Source: an uncultured Acidobacteriota bacterium (GTDB lineage: Bacteria; Acidobacteriota; Thermoanaerobaculia; UBA5066; Gp7-AA6). Taken from it: a DNA stretch of 64,000 nt. Position numbers and translations under genes: made by a program. The notes below the pieces were generated by a model that saw nothing but the letters and a program-made list of their open reading frames with translations, was not told where the DNA came from and did no database searches. Shown piece by piece: positions 47,064 to 60,121 of this stretch (the stretch's first letter is position 1; every line of letters begins with the position of its first letter). The stretch spans positions 745,639 to 809,638 of the forward strand of contig CAVTEW010000001.1 of the NCBI GenBank assembly GCA_963733955.1, in the 5' to 3' direction.

Positions 47064-50000
47064 ATGCAAAGAACACGCTCGGTCCGCATGCTCCGTTTCG
47101 TGGCTCGCCATCGGGCGGCGATCGCCCTGTGGATGATCTTCCAGGTCGCCGCGCCGCTGTGGGCGGACGACCGGCAGCTGCTGCAGACCAACAGCGGCGC
47201 CAACCTGGACGTGCTCGTCATCCTGGACTCCTCGTCCTCGATGAACCGCGAATTCACCGACTCGATCATGCTGCCGGCGTACATGGACGACTTCATCTAC
47301 CCCGAGGGCACGGTCCAGGACACCCTGGGGAATCCCGTCTTCGGCTCGAAGGTCGGCGTGGCCAAGAGCGTGCTGCGCCAGGTCCTGACCGACGCGGTCA
47401 ACGTGAACTGGTCTTTCGCCTACTACCGCAATCCCAACCAGAAGTACGGCGTGTCCAACGTCGGCGTCGGCGGCATCGGTTCGGGCGGCGTCGATTCACC
47501 GACGGACGTCAACTCGGCGGGATTCTCCGGACAGCTGGAAAACGGCGGACTGGAGTGGCTCTACTTCGCGGATCAGATCGATCCCAACTCTCCCAACAAC
47601 GCCGGCCAGCCGATCAAGTCCGTGTACCCGCTGCGACCTGGCGGCCTCGCCGGCGGTCTGCGACTACCCGGACATCCAGCAGGGGCGCTTCCTTTCGCTC
47701 GGCCACAAGGTCATGCGCAACTACATGCGCGAGACCGACAACTATGTGGCCGACATCCGTCCCCCCTATCCCGCCGCTCCGGGCAACTGGACCGCGGGCA
47801 CGGTGCCCGCCCCGGGCGTGTGGCGCGGCGCCTTCGGCCCCAACCCCGCCACCGGCTCGGGCATGGTGGTCTACCGCAACCCCAACAAGCCCGGGTTCGA
47901 GCTGCACATGCGTGTCGTCACGGGCTGCGGGACGTGCGGCAACTACGGGGACTCGAACATCGTGGTGGAAGTGGCCGAGTATGGGCCGCCGCCGACGCCG
48001 ACCGCGACGCCGACGCCGACCAATACTCCGACCGACACGCCGACCAACACCGCGACGGCGACCCCGACGTCCACGGCGACCAGCACGCGGACCAACACGC
48101 CGACCGCGACCAACACGTTCACCGCGACGAACACCTTCACGCCGACCAACACGTTCACCAAGACGAACACGCCGACCAAGACCTTCACGCCGTCCCGGAC
48201 CTTCACGGCGACGGCGACGAACACGTTCACCAACACGCCGACTCAGACGTCCACCTTCACGGCGACCAAGACGTTCACCGCGACCAACACGTTCACCCGG
48301 ACCAACACCGGGACGAACACGCCGACGCCGACGCGCTCGAACACGCCGACGGTGACGTTCACGCCGTCTCAGACGTTCACGGCGACCAAGACGTTCACGG
48401 CGACCAAGACGTTCACCAAGACCAAGACGTTCACCAAGACCAGGACGGCGACCAAGACGCGCACGCCGACGCGGACGTTCACGGCGACCCAGACGTTCAC
48501 GCCGTCCAACACGTTCACCCAGACGAACACGCCCACGCGGACGTTCACGCGGACCAAGACGCCGACGTCGACGAACACGTTCACCCCGACGAGCACGAAT
48601 ACGGCGCTTCCGCCGACCAGCACGTTCACGGCCACCAGGACCTTCACGAACACGAGCACCGCGACGGCGACTCCGACGGCGACGTCCACCAGGACGCCGA
48701 CGCCGACGATCACGCTCACGCCCAGCCCCACGCCGACCTTCCCGTTCGGCCGGATGCCCGCGAAGAGCGTGATGCCGGTCGTGGCCAACTGGTTCTCCGC
48801 GGCGGTCCGCGGCCTGCTGGCGATGGCGCCGCCGCCCCCTCCACCGCCCCCGCTGCCCACGCCCCCGTTCTTTCCCTGCCCGGGCTTGACCGCCGCGCCC
48901 GCGCCCGCCAACGCGCTCTGGTGCGCGCCGTGCGGCGCGGACCTGCAGGGCAACGCCATCGTGTGCGCCTTTGAGGAGGACCCGCTGGCGCCGGGAACGG
49001 TGAAGACGCGCCCGTTCGATCTGGACTATCGGGGCTTCGACGATCCGCAGGCGGACCCCGATCCGACGCGGGTTCCGGTCCCAGGGCATCAGATCTACAT
49101 CACCTATCAGCGGGCCGACGCCTACAACCTGCCGCCGAAGTTCCGCTCGACGTTCGTGAACGATCCGCCCTGGGGCTCGCAGGCCAACGACGGAGACGCC
49201 GACGGCGTCGCCGACTCGGCCCTGATTCCGGACCGGCACAACCAGGGGTCCTACGCGGCCTTCTATGACCCGGATCGGCCGACGATCCAGAAGCCCAACG
49301 ACGTCTGGGCCGACGTGTCGTGCCCCTTCCCGCCGCTCTCTTCCCCGTGCGACGTCTACGCCGAGGACTGCGGCGGCTATGCCCACTACGGCGCATTCAC
49401 TCCGCGGGGAGGCTCGCCGCTGCCGGCCGAGGGCCCCGGCGGCTACACTCCCTATCCGTCCAGCCCCCCGCCCGGAGCCAGCGACTGGCCGGTCATTCCG
49501 TTCCAGCGCGACTGGGTCAGCACCGACGCCCAGAGCGTGCCGGCGATCAAGAGGCTCCTGCGCTTCACCTCCTCGATCGTCAACTTCGATTCCACGGCCG
49601 CGCACATGCACGAGTACACGATGGCCGAGGATTCCCGCAGCGTGGTCGTCACCGCGCCCGGAACTCCGGTCGCCGGCGTGCTGTTCGACGCCTACAACTA
49701 CTTCAAGAACGCGGTCTTCCCGGACCTGAGCGACCCGCAGATCAACTGCCGCAACTACATCGTCGTGTTCATCACCGACGGACTCGAGGAGTGCGCCGGA
49801 ACGGCGGACCGAGGACCGGGCGAGTGCTTCGGAACGCCCTACCCGGGCGCGGGACCCTGTGTGGCGGCCAACGTCGACGGCGGCCCGTCCAAGGACCTCG
49901 GCCTGATCAAGCTCCCCGAGGACGCCCCGGGCGCCCGCGCCGCGGCCCACGCGATCGATCCGACCATTCCGATGGACGCGGTGCCGGTGTACATGGTCGC

Positions 50001-52854
50001 CATGGGTGCCAACCTGTCGCCCGCGCCGGCCTACTTCCAGAACATCGTCGACAACAGCAGCAGCATCACGGACCCGTCCCGCAAGGGCAAGGTGATCGTG
50101 GCGACGGACCGCACGTCGCTCTTGAACGCCCTGCAGAACATCATCGGCTTCAAGCGCACGGCCAACACCATTTCGGCCCCCGCGGTCCCCGCGTTCGCCA
50201 ACGGGGCGGGAGACACGTCCCAGATCGGCGCGGTCATCCCCAGCCACACGAACCTGGACGGCTCCGCCGCACAGTGGTCGATCTGGAACGGCTCGCTCAA
50301 GAGCTTCCGGCTCGATTCCAACGGCTTTATCCCGGTGGTGGCCGGCACGACCCCGGCACCCCCAGCGACCCAGACGCCGGGCGGCCCGACGGCGACGCCG
50401 ACGCCGACGCCGACGCCGGGATCGGGTCTGTTCCCCGACGAGTCCAATGCCGATGACGCCAACGCGTCCAGCCGCAAGCCGGTGTGGAACGCCGCGCGCG
50501 TTCTCGGATACACCGATGCCTCGACCGACCTGGCCGAAGCCGCCGCGCCCCTTGGACCGTTCGCGCCCAAGGCCCCCGCGGTGACCGTGTGGCCGGGCCG
50601 CAAGATGGTGTGGGCGGAAGGCAACTTCCCCAACGTCCCCCTGACGCGCCACGACTTCCTGCCCAACGCCGGGACCTGCACGGGAGCGGGAACGGCGAAC
50701 ACCTGCTTCGACGACCTGATGAACATCATGGGAACCAATCTGCCCGGCAATCCGCCCACCACCGACCCCGGCCGTCAGGCCGAAGCGATCCGGATCGTCG
50801 ATTTCCTGCGCGGCAACACGAGCCGGGCCCCGGCGGCTCCCATCCCGGCGACGCACGACCGCGATCAGATCATCAACGAAGTCCTCGGAGCGGCCTCGGG
50901 GCCGCCGTTCGTCGGCCCGCTGACCGGACAGATCCAGCAGTTCTCCTACACCTATCAGGACGACTGCCCGCCGGGCGGATGCCCGCCGCAGTTGCGCACC
51001 GACGACAACGGCAACGGCGTGCCCGACGACGCCGACGGCTATGCCCACAAGCTCGGCGACATCTTCCACTCCGAGCCGTCGATGCTGCAGCCGCCGCGCT
51101 ACTTCCCGTTCCTGTCCTCGAACCTCACGCCTCGCGTCGGGGCCTGCGGATCGCTGGCGGATTGCTCGTACCTGACCTTCGCCAACCTGCACACCAAGCG
51201 ACGCAAGGTGGTTTTCGTCGGCGCCAATGACGGCTTCCTGCACGCCTTCGACGGCGCCGAGTACAACCGCGACGCCGCCAATTTCCCCAACACGTTCGAC
51301 CTGGGCACCGGCCGCGAGATCTTTGCCTACGCGCCGCGCCTGGTGATGCCCAACAAGTTCCCCAACCTTCTCGGCTCGGCGCGGCCGCAGTACTTCGTGG
51401 ACGGCTCGATGGGCTTCTCCGACGTCTTCATCGACACCAGCCACTCCGGCGCCCCGGTCAACGCCAATCGGACCTGGAAGACCGTGATGGTGGGAACGCT
51501 GCGCCAGGGAGGCTCCGGAGTCTTCGCGCTCGACGTCACTCAGCCGGACCAGGTCAACGCCAGCGGCGACAAGACGGCCGCGCTCGACACCGCGCCGGAC
51601 TGCTTGAACGGAGGCGGCGGAAGCTGCCAGTCGGTCTATCCCGACGTGCTGTGGGAGCTGACCGACGACTGCGCCGTGGATCCGCTGACCTGCTCGACGC
51701 CGCAGCCGCCCAAGATGGGGGAGACCTGGTCCCGTCCGGTGGTCGGCCGGGTCAAGATCATCAACGGCGCGTCGTTCGAGGATCGCTACGTGGCGATCTT
51801 CGGCGGAGGCTACGATTCCTCCTTCGAGCCGGGCGACACCATCCTGACCGCCGATCAGATCTGCCCGCCGACCTGCCCGGCCAAGAACGCGACGGTGGGC
51901 CGCTCGCTCTACATCGTGGACGTCGAGACCGGAAAGATCGTCTACAAGGGCACCTCGGGCGTCGACGGCGGCGGCAACACGATCGACTTCGCGTCGATGA
52001 CCGCGCCGCCGGCGGTCGCCGACTTCGACGACGACGGATATCTGGATCTCGTCTACATCGGCGACGTCAACGGGCGGATGTGGCGCCTGAGCCTCGTCCC
52101 GGACAACACCGCGAGCCCGAAGGTCGGCGAGCTCCTGGGCGGGAAGCTGCAGGGTTACCAGCCGTTCCTGCTCTACGATGGATGGTGCACGGCCTATTCC
52201 ACGGCCGACGCCTGCTCGTCGCTGACGACCGCGCCGATCCAGCCCATCTTCCTGGAGGCGACGCTGATCTTCCTCTCCGGAGGCTCGCCGCCCTCGATCG
52301 GCGTGGCCTTCGGGACCGGCAACCGGGCCGAGATCGTGCGGGCCAACCCGAACGTGAACCGCTTCACCTTCGTGGTGGACAACGGCGGGTCTTCGCAGAC
52401 GTTCCACGAGGACGACCTGACCAACATCGACCCGGCCGCCGCGGCCACGTACTCCCTGACGACCGGCTGCGTGTCCGGCACCTGCTCCGGATTGAGGCTG
52501 GACTACCAGGACCAGGCCGAGAAGACGACGTCCAGCGTCTTCTCCACGCAGGGCTTCCTGACCGTCGTGACCTTCGAGCCGACGCAGGGAGTCTGCGGCA
52601 CGGAGGGCAGCTCGTTCCGGTACCGGTTCTTCTACCTGACCGGCCAGGGCGGCTACAACATCGCGGTACCTGCCAACTCCTATGCAGACTACCGGCAGGA
52701 ACTCGGGACGGGCCTGGCGGCGGCGTCGCAATCGACCTCTCCGGAAGGCGCTACAATAGACACGGCGCTCTTCTCCGGCGGCAATCTCAGCCAGAGCTCC
52801 ACGCCGGGGACGCTGAGGACCAATAGCGTCAACTGGAAGGAGAACAATCAGTGA
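47064..52854 (+). CDS. pilY1: Giant PilY1/PilC tip adhesin (~1930 aa: vWA, Thr-rich insert, beta-propeller) with a frameshift near 47631
   Basis: Signal peptide and [14 protein letters not shown] in one frame. The next frame carries [55 protein letters not shown] and the Ca loop DFDDDGYLD. Confidence 0.88.
47994..48739 (+). repeat. Coding low-complexity Thr-alternating repeat (T-x)n, often TxTFTx, ~250 aa
   Basis: [13 protein letters not shown]...[13 protein letters not shown]...[11 protein letters not shown]...TPSPTPT. Confidence 0.95.
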
Positions 52855-53795
52855 GCAAGGCCTCTTGGTTGGCTGCAGCGGCGGCGCTGATCCTCGCCGC
52901 CGCGACGGCAACGGCCGCGGAAGTCGTCGTCCTGAAGGGCGGATCCCGGATCGAGCTCAAGCAGCCTCCCGTGCAGCAGGGCAACAACGTCCTGCTCACG
53001 CGCGTGGACGGGACCCTCTTTTCCGTTCCCGCGTCGGAGGTGGACTGGAAGGCCACCGCCGCGGCGCGCAAGGCGCCGGCGCCCAAGCCCGCGGGACTGC
53101 CGGCCGCGCCGGCGGACACTCCCGCCGAAGCGGCGCGGGCCACCCGCGAAGCGCCGAAAGCCCGCGTCAAGATCACCGATTCCGACGTCAATCACGTCGC
53201 CGAACCCGGTGAGGAAGTCTCCGAGGAGGCCAAGAAGGAACCGGCGGAGGCGTCCCGCTCCGCCACGGCCCACGTGGAGGTCGCCGACTACTCCCAGGAC
53301 AAGTCGGGGAACAACCTGCTGGTGCGCGGCAACCTCCGCAACGTCGGCTCGACCAGCGCCATCAACGTTTCCATGTCGGTGACCGCGATCGATGAGGCCG
53401 GCAAGGGAATCGGCTCGGGCCCGGCCACGCTCTCCAAGGGAGTGATCGAGCCCGGGAGGACCGTGGCCTTCTCCGCCGCTCTGCCGGTGGGCGACAAGGT
53501 CCCGCGCTCGATCCGCTTTACGCCTCTCTGGATTCCGGAAGCCGCCGCCGTTTCGCCGGCTTCCTCCGGCAATGCAGCGGCCCCGTCGTCCATGACGCCC
53601 TCGGGATCGGCCCCGGCCCCCGCGCCCGCGCCGCAGTCCTCTTCGCAGCCCGCTCCGGTCCCGACGCCGTACGGACAGGGACTCCTGTACGCGCCCCCCG
53701 CGGCCTCCGCGGCTACCGCGCCGCCCGCGGACGGCAAGGACGGCTACATTCCCGGAGCCGCCCGCCCGGAAGACCAGCCCAAGCCGCCCGAATAG
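52851..53795 (+). CDS. Secreted hypothetical protein (FxLYD-like Ig domain, Pro/Ala-rich linkers)
   Basis: GTGA overlap with pilY1; signal peptide; VRGNLRNVG...VTAIDEAG...IEPG. Confidence 0.6.
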   Translation: MSKASWLAAAAALILAAATATAAEVVVLKGGSRIELKQPPVQQGNNVLLTRVDGTLFSVPASEVDWKATAAARKAPAPKPAGLPAAPADTPAEAARATREAPKARVKITDSDVNHVAEPGEEVSEEAKKEPAEASRSATAHVEVADYSQDKSGNNLLVRGNLRNVGSTSAINVSMSVTAIDEAGKGIGSGPATLSKGVIEPGRTVAFSAALPVGDKVPRSIRFTPLWIPEAAAVSPASSGNAAAPSSMTPSGSAPAPAPAPQSSSQPAPVPTPYGQGLLYAPPAASAATAPPADGKDGYIPGAARPEDQPKPPE

Positions 53796-53935
53796 GACGT
53801 GAAACGTCGAACGTGAAACGTGAAACGTGAAACGTGAAACGTTAGACGTTAGACGTTAGACGTTAAACGTTAACGGAGCGAGGCTTCGCGTTTCCTCGTT
53901 TTACGTTTGACGTTTTCCGGTTTACGCTCTTTCCG
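53796..53935. repeat. Inverted 7-nt tandem-repeat pair (ACGTGAA/ACGTTAG)n ... (TTTACGT-like)n filling the stop-to-ATG gap
   Basis: About 11 purine-rich units at 53796-53875, followed by degenerate complementary units at 53885-53935. Confidence 0.85.
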
Positions 53936-55306
<1,371 letters not shown>

Positions 55307-55354
55307 GCGCGGGCTACGCCCGCGCGTGAGGCAGTGAGGCGTGAGGCCGTTCCC

Positions 55355-55521
55355 AGCCCCGGTCGCGGCGCGCGAAGTCTCCCGAGCGGAAGCGAAGGAG
55401 GAGGCGCGCGACGCGGGAGCCGGAGCGGAGCGAGCGGTCAGGCGTTTGGTCGAGCCCCTTTGGGCGAGCCAAACGCCGGTGCGCCAACGGCGCAAACCGT
55501 GAGCGCAGCGGAGGCGACGGT
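55355..55521 (-). repeat. Structured dispersed repeat, copy of 37993-38163
   Basis: Reverse complement aligns with 37993-38163 end to end. Confidence 0.85.
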
Positions 55522-55722
55522 TTAGAACGGCAGCGTCGGCGACGGGGTCGGCTGCCCCGGCCGGAGAGTCGGCGGCGGCGGCAGGGTGGGAGGCATGTGC
55601 ACGACCGGACCGGCCGTGGGCGACTTGGGAGGCCCCTTCGATCCGGAGCGGCTGCAGCCGGAGATGAGGGGCAGGGCGAAAAGAACCACCGCGGCGGCCA
55701 GGGCGGACTTCCGCAATCTCAT
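55522..55722 (-). CDS. Small Pro-rich lipoprotein (66 aa)
   Basis: ATG overlaps the selA stop; MRLRKSALAAAVVLFALPLISGC lipobox; Pro/Thr-rich tail. Confidence 0.65.
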   Translation of the reverse strand: MRLRKSALAAAVVLFALPLISGCSRSGSKGPPKSPTAGPVVHMPPTLPPPPTLRPGQPTPSPTLPF

Positions 55723-57158
55723 GTCGAAAATTCTCTCATGATTCCGCGCAGCGCCGCGACGACGAGCTCGTCTTCCCGGGGATCCACGGTCCTCAAATCG
55801 ATCCAAAGGCGGTCCTCCTCGACGCGTCCGAGGATGGGAGGTTCGCCGCGCCGCAGCGATCGGGCGAGCTCGTCCGGTCCGATCCGGTCGTGGCCGACGC
55901 GCAACGCCCGGGACGGAAACCGTTTTTCCGGACTTGTCCCGCCCCCGAAGAGCGCCTCGGAAGGGGCGAGATCCAGAGCGAGGCCCCGCTCGGGCCCGAC
56001 CGCGTCGCGGATCGCCGCGCCGCGCGCGTCCAGCGAGGCGAGCGACGCCGAGGCCTTGCGGTAGATCGGGAGCTCGCGCCAGCGGCCGGTCGACCAGGCC
56101 GCCAGGGTCGCCGCCAGCGCCGCGAACGTGAGCTTGTCGGGGCGCACCACGCGAGCTACCGGGTGCGCCGCCGCCCGCCCGACCAGGTCGGCCCGGCCCA
56201 CGAGGAAGCCGGCCTGCGGACCGCCGAACAACTTGTCGGCCGAGAACGTCGCGAGGTCCGCTCCCGCCTCGAGCACCGAGGTCACGGTGGGCTCGCCGGC
56301 GACGCCGAACTCGTCCAGCGGGGCGACGCAGCCGGTGCCGTGATCGTGCACCCACGGGATGCCCGCCTCGCGCGCGAGCGCGGCGATCTCGGGCGGAGCG
56401 GGGCGCGAAGCGTAGCCGCGGATCTCGTAGTTGGAAGGATGCACGGTCAGGATGAGGGCCACGTCGGGAGCGAGCCCGCGGCGATAATCCGCGATCGCCG
56501 TTCGATTGGTCGTGCCGACTTCCGCCAGGGACGCGCCGGACGCTTCCAGGATCTCCGGGATCTTGAACGATCCTCCGATGGCCACCAGCTCGCCGCGGGA
56601 GACGAGCACCCGGCGGCCGCGGGCGAGCGCGCTCAAGGCCAGGAACACGGCCGACGCGTTGTTGTTGACGGCGATGGCGTCTTCGCACCCGAAGAGCGCG
56701 CGCGCCGCCGCGCGCACGTGGTCCTGGCGCCGCCCCCGTCCTCCCGACTCCGGATCGAGCTCCACGGTCGAATAGCCGGGCGCGATCCGCGCCAACGCTT
56801 CGCAGGCGGCGGCGGACAGGGGAGCCCGGCCGAGATTGGTGTGGAGAAGGACGCCGGTCGCGTTGATCACGGGCTTCAGGCTGGGCGCGAAGCGGCATTC
56901 CAGGCTTCGCACCGCCTCCGCCTCGAGCTCTCGCGCGGCGGTCCTTCCGCCCGCGATGGCTTCCCGGAGCGCGTCCTTCACCGCTTCACGGCCGTACAGC
57001 GCGAGAATTCCCTGCGTCCCCGGCGCCGACAGCAGCGTGTCCATGGACGGCGGCCGTCCGGATTCCCCGCGTCCCCGCGTCCCCGCGTCTTCCCCCCGTC
57101 TTTGCGTCCCCCCGTCCCCCCGTCCCTCCGCCCCCCGGCCGGCCGCCTCACGCCTCAC
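55719..57158 (-). CDS. selA: L-seryl-tRNA(Sec) selenium transferase (start uncertain)
   Basis: VINATGVLLHTNLGRAPL, VNNNASA, SRGELVAIGGSF, EVGTTNRT, VHPSNY, FSADKLFGGPQAG. Confidence 0.93.
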   Translation of the reverse strand: MRREAAGRGAEGRGDGGTQRRGEDAGTRGRGESGRPPSMDTLLSAPGTQGILALYGREAVKDALREAIAGGRTAARELEAEAVRSLECRFAPSLKPVINATGVLLHTNLGRAPLSAAACEALARIAPGYSTVELDPESGGRGRRQDHVRAAARALFGCEDAIAVNNNASAVFLALSALARGRRVLVSRGELVAIGGSFKIPEILEASGASLAEVGTTNRTAIADYRRGLAPDVALILTVHPSNYEIRGYASRPAPPEIAALAREAGIPWVHDHGTGCVAPLDEFGVAGEPTVTSVLEAGADLATFSADKLFGGPQAGFLVGRADLVGRAAAHPVARVVRPDKLTFAALAATLAAWSTGRWRELPIYRKASASLASLDARGAAIRDAVGPERGLALDLAPSEALFGGGTSPEKRFPSRALRVGHDRIGPDELARSLRRGEPPILGRVEEDRLWIDLRTVDPREDELVVAALRGIMREFST

Positions 57159-57190
57159 GCCTGACGCCTCACGTCTTTTCGCCTCACGCC
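57061..57190. repeat. 8-nt (CCCCGCGT) and 7-nt (GCCTCAC) tandem repeats at the selA 5' end
   Basis: Directly visible; same units as at 6583 and 38465. Confidence 0.8.
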
Positions 57191-57205
57191 CGTTACTATA
57201 GGGCC

Positions 57206-57838
57206 ATGGGCTGGGAGGGAGACCTGCAATCGCTCGAGTCGGCGATCGTGCGGCTCAACGCCGAGTACGACGCGTTTCTCTACGGCTCCTCGGCCCGGCC
57301 GCCGGCGGAGACGCGCAAGAACGTGGAGAAATCGATCCGCCGCTTGAACGCCCTGGAGCCGGATTCCGCGGCGGACCGGTACCGTTTCAACACGATCCAG
57401 GGCCGCTACAACGCGCTCTGCGAGCGGTGGGACCGCCTGCAGAACGAGAAGGAGCTGGGCAAGCGGCCGGGAGTGTACGGCGGCTTCGCCCGGGAGTCGC
57501 GGCGGGAGGCCGCGGCGGGACAGGGAGGAGGACTCGAGAGCGGGGGGCGCCCCAACGCCGGCGCCTTCTCCTCCGTAGAGAAGACGAGCCCGGGAGACCG
57601 GGACGCGGAGCTCTTCGGCCGCTACCTGGCCGCCCGAAAGGCCAAGGGCGAAGACGTCCGCGGCTACGATCTGTCCAGTTTCAAGCAGAGTCTCGAGCGG
57701 GAACGCCAGAAGCTCCAGGAGCGTTTCGGAAGCGCCAACGTCGATTTCGACGTCACGGAACGGGACGGTCGGGTGAAGCTGGTGGCGCGCCGGCGGGCGG
57801 AGCCGGGCTCGGAAGGCGGAAGCGAGGGAAACCGATGA
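57206..57838 (+). CDS. Hypothetical protein resembling MXAN_5187 C-terminal-domain proteins
   Basis: EYDAFLYG...RPP, RYRFNTIQGRYN...W, LFGRYLAARK, VDFDVTERDGRVKL. Confidence 0.6.
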   Translation: MGWEGDLQSLESAIVRLNAEYDAFLYGSSARPPAETRKNVEKSIRRLNALEPDSAADRYRFNTIQGRYNALCERWDRLQNEKELGKRPGVYGGFARESRREAAAGQGGGLESGGRPNAGAFSSVEKTSPGDRDAELFGRYLAARKAKGEDVRGYDLSSFKQSLERERQKLQERFGSANVDFDVTERDGRVKLVARRRAEPGSEGGSEGNR

Positions 57839-58791
57839 AGACATCGACGGCGGCGGGCCTGGCCCTGAGTCTGGCCCTTCTCGGCGCGGCGAGCTCTTCC
57901 GGCCGCGCGGCCGGGGCCGACAAGCCGAGCTCCAAGGCGGCCAAGGAGCCCTTCTACCGCCGCTTTCTCATCGCGGGTAACCCGCTGGACGACCGGATCC
58001 GGGAGCAGGAGAAGCTCCTCGAGGCCCGCCCCGATTCCGCGGCGCTCCACAACGATCTGGGCAACCTGCTGGCGCGCCGGCGCTTTCCCAAGGAGGCCCG
58101 GGAGCAGTACGAGATCGCCATGAAGCTCGACAAGAAGTCGTATCTGCCCGCCTACAATATGGGGATTGTGTACGAGATGGAGGGACGGACCTCCAAGGCC
58201 ATCCGGGCCTACGAGCGGTGCGTCGATCTGAACCGGGGCTTTCCCCCCGGCCTCTTCCGCCTCGGACGCCTCTATGAGAGGGAGGGACGGGAGAGCGCCG
58301 CGGTGAAGGCCTACGCCAAGGCCCTGCGCATCGACCCGAGCATGCGGTATCCGTCCCGCAATCCGCTGGTCGTCGACGCGCGCCTCCTGGACCGAGCCTC
58401 GCTCGCCAACTACGAGCAGGACATCGCGCGCGCCTCCCTGGAGGCTGACGCCCGGTACGCGGACGAGTGGCGATTCCGCCGCATCCCCTACGACCGATCA
58501 ATCGACTCCGAGGAGCTCGAGGGGCCCTCCGCGGCGGGAGCGCCCGACAGCGCCTCCGCGGCGCCGGCCGCGGGCGGGTCCAAGTCTCCGGCCGAGCTGC
58601 CGGCGGCGCCGGGACAAACCCGGCCCCAGGCGCTGGCCCCCGCGCCCGCCTCGGCCATTCCGATCCCGACGCCTCCGGGCGGCCGCCCGGCTCCGCCGCG
58701 GGTTCCGCCGGGCCTTCCGGTCTACGCGCCGGCCACGCCCAACGTTCCGTTCATCACGCCGGTGCCCCCGCCCCCGACCCCGGAGGGGTGA
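57835..58791 (+). CDS. Secreted TPR protein with a Pro-rich C-terminus
   Basis: Signal peptide; LHNDLGNLL, AYNMGIVYE, FRLGRLYE TPR motifs. Confidence 0.78.
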   Translation: MKTSTAAGLALSLALLGAASSSGRAAGADKPSSKAAKEPFYRRFLIAGNPLDDRIREQEKLLEARPDSAALHNDLGNLLARRRFPKEAREQYEIAMKLDKKSYLPAYNMGIVYEMEGRTSKAIRAYERCVDLNRGFPPGLFRLGRLYEREGRESAAVKAYAKALRIDPSMRYPSRNPLVVDARLLDRASLANYEQDIARASLEADARYADEWRFRRIPYDRSIDSEELEGPSAAGAPDSASAAPAAGGSKSPAELPAAPGQTRPQALAPAPASAIPIPTPPGGRPAPPRVPPGLPVYAPATPNVPFITPVPPPPTPEG

Positions 58792-58828
58792 TCGCGGACG
58801 GACGCCGCCGGCGCGGCGGCCGCACGTC

Positions 58829-60121
58829 TCAATCGAAGTCCGCGCGTTCGATCAGGATCGTCGGCGCTCCGGCCAGAAACGGCGCGGGGAAGAACTGGCG
58901 ATCCGTGGCCACGGCCGCGATCCGCCGCAGGAGCTGCGAGAGCCGGCCCCGGGCCCGGGCGCCCGCCACGGGGCGCTGCGCGCGGCCGGCCACGACGGCG
59001 ATCCCGGTGAACTCGATGTCGTAGCGGTCCGCCTCCAGATCGATGCGGGGCGGCGCGGTCAGGGCCGAGGCGAACAGGCCGCGCCGAACCGACGGGAGCA
59101 GGTCGAGGGGCCGGGCGCCCGCGGCCGTTTCGAAGAACAGCCGGCGCGGGCCGACGCTCGGAGGCACGCGGTAGGAGGCGCGCACGCCGTGCCCGGTCGA
59201 TCGTTCGCCCGCCGCCGCGGCAGAGCGCAGGTCCAGCAGCCGTCCCACGAGCTCGCCTCCCTCGACGAGCGGGACGCGCCGCGTCGGCGTCCCTTCCCCG
59301 TCGAAGCCGGCGTCGGCCGTGGCGTCGTCGACGATGGTGACCGCGGGCGCAGCGAAGCGGGCGCGATTGAGCCAGCGCGGCAGGCGGTCCGCCGCGAAGA
59401 GGGGCGCGATCCCGGCCAGAATCGCCGCGCCGACGGAAGGATCGAGGAGCCATTCCCCCCGCGGGAAGGGGGACGCTTCCCCCGAGAGCGGCAGGATGGC
59501 GCGGTCGGCCAGCCGCCGGGCGACCGGCGCGAGATCGGGCTCGCCCTCCCACCGGAAGACGAGGCGGGCCTCGCAGGACCGCGTCGCGCGGCGTCCCACC
59601 GCGGCGGCGACTCCGTCGGTCCACTGGAACGATTGCGAAACCGCCAGACCGGCCCCGTTCTCGATGCGTTCGGACGCCTGGCCGCGGCGCAGCGTGAGGT
59701 GGGTCAGGAGGGCCTCTCCGCGGGACTCGGCGGCGAGCAGGCGCGTGAGCTCCGCCCAGACCTCGGGGGGCGCTTCGAGCGCGGGTTCGCTGGGATCCCG
59801 CTCGGCCCGGCCGGTGGGCCACCGCGGCGCGGGAGCCGGACAAACCCGCACGCGGCCCGCGGCGGTCATCGCGCGCGCCAGCGTGTCCGGGTCCGACCCG
59901 CTGGCGAAACGCGGCGCGCCCTCCTCCCACCACCGGGCGGCCCAGCCCTCTTCGCGCCGGTCCGCCTCGGTGCGCCGCGTCGGCGCGGCGGACGCTTCCC
60001 GGGACTGGCCCCGCTTCCGGTAGAGCTCCCAGTCGTTGCCGGCTCTTGCGATGAGCTCCTCGCGGCAGGCGCGCTCGGGGTGCTCCGCCGGGCGCGCCTC
60101 CTTGCCCGGATCGGGCGTCAT
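58829..60121 (-). CDS. PmbA/TldE-like protein
   Basis: IVDDAT...FDGEGTPTRR, STGHGVR; no HExxH; coupled to tldD. Confidence 0.75.
   Translation of the reverse strand: MTPDPGKEARPAEHPERACREELIARAGNDWELYRKRGQSREASAAPTRRTEADRREEGWAARWWEEGAPRFASGSDPDTLARAMTAAGRVRVCPAPAPRWPTGRAERDPSEPALEAPPEVWAELTRLLAAESRGEALLTHLTLRRGQASERIENGAGLAVSQSFQWTDGVAAAVGRRATRSCEARLVFRWEGEPDLAPVARRLADRAILPLSGEASPFPRGEWLLDPSVGAAILAGIAPLFAADRLPRWLNRARFAAPAVTIVDDATADAGFDGEGTPTRRVPLVEGGELVGRLLDLRSAAAAGERSTGHGVRASYRVPPSVGPRRLFFETAAGARPLDLLPSVRRGLFASALTAPPRIDLEADRYDIEFTGIAVVAGRAQRPVAGARARGRLSQLLRRIAAVATDRQFFPAPFLAGAPTILIERADFD

Noticed and set aside
47614-52911. 1765-aa minus-strand ORF, and many other long overlapping ORFs (e.g. 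18651-21665)
   Set aside because: Antisense or alternate-frame shadows of real genes caused by high GC3 bias; no recognisable motifs.
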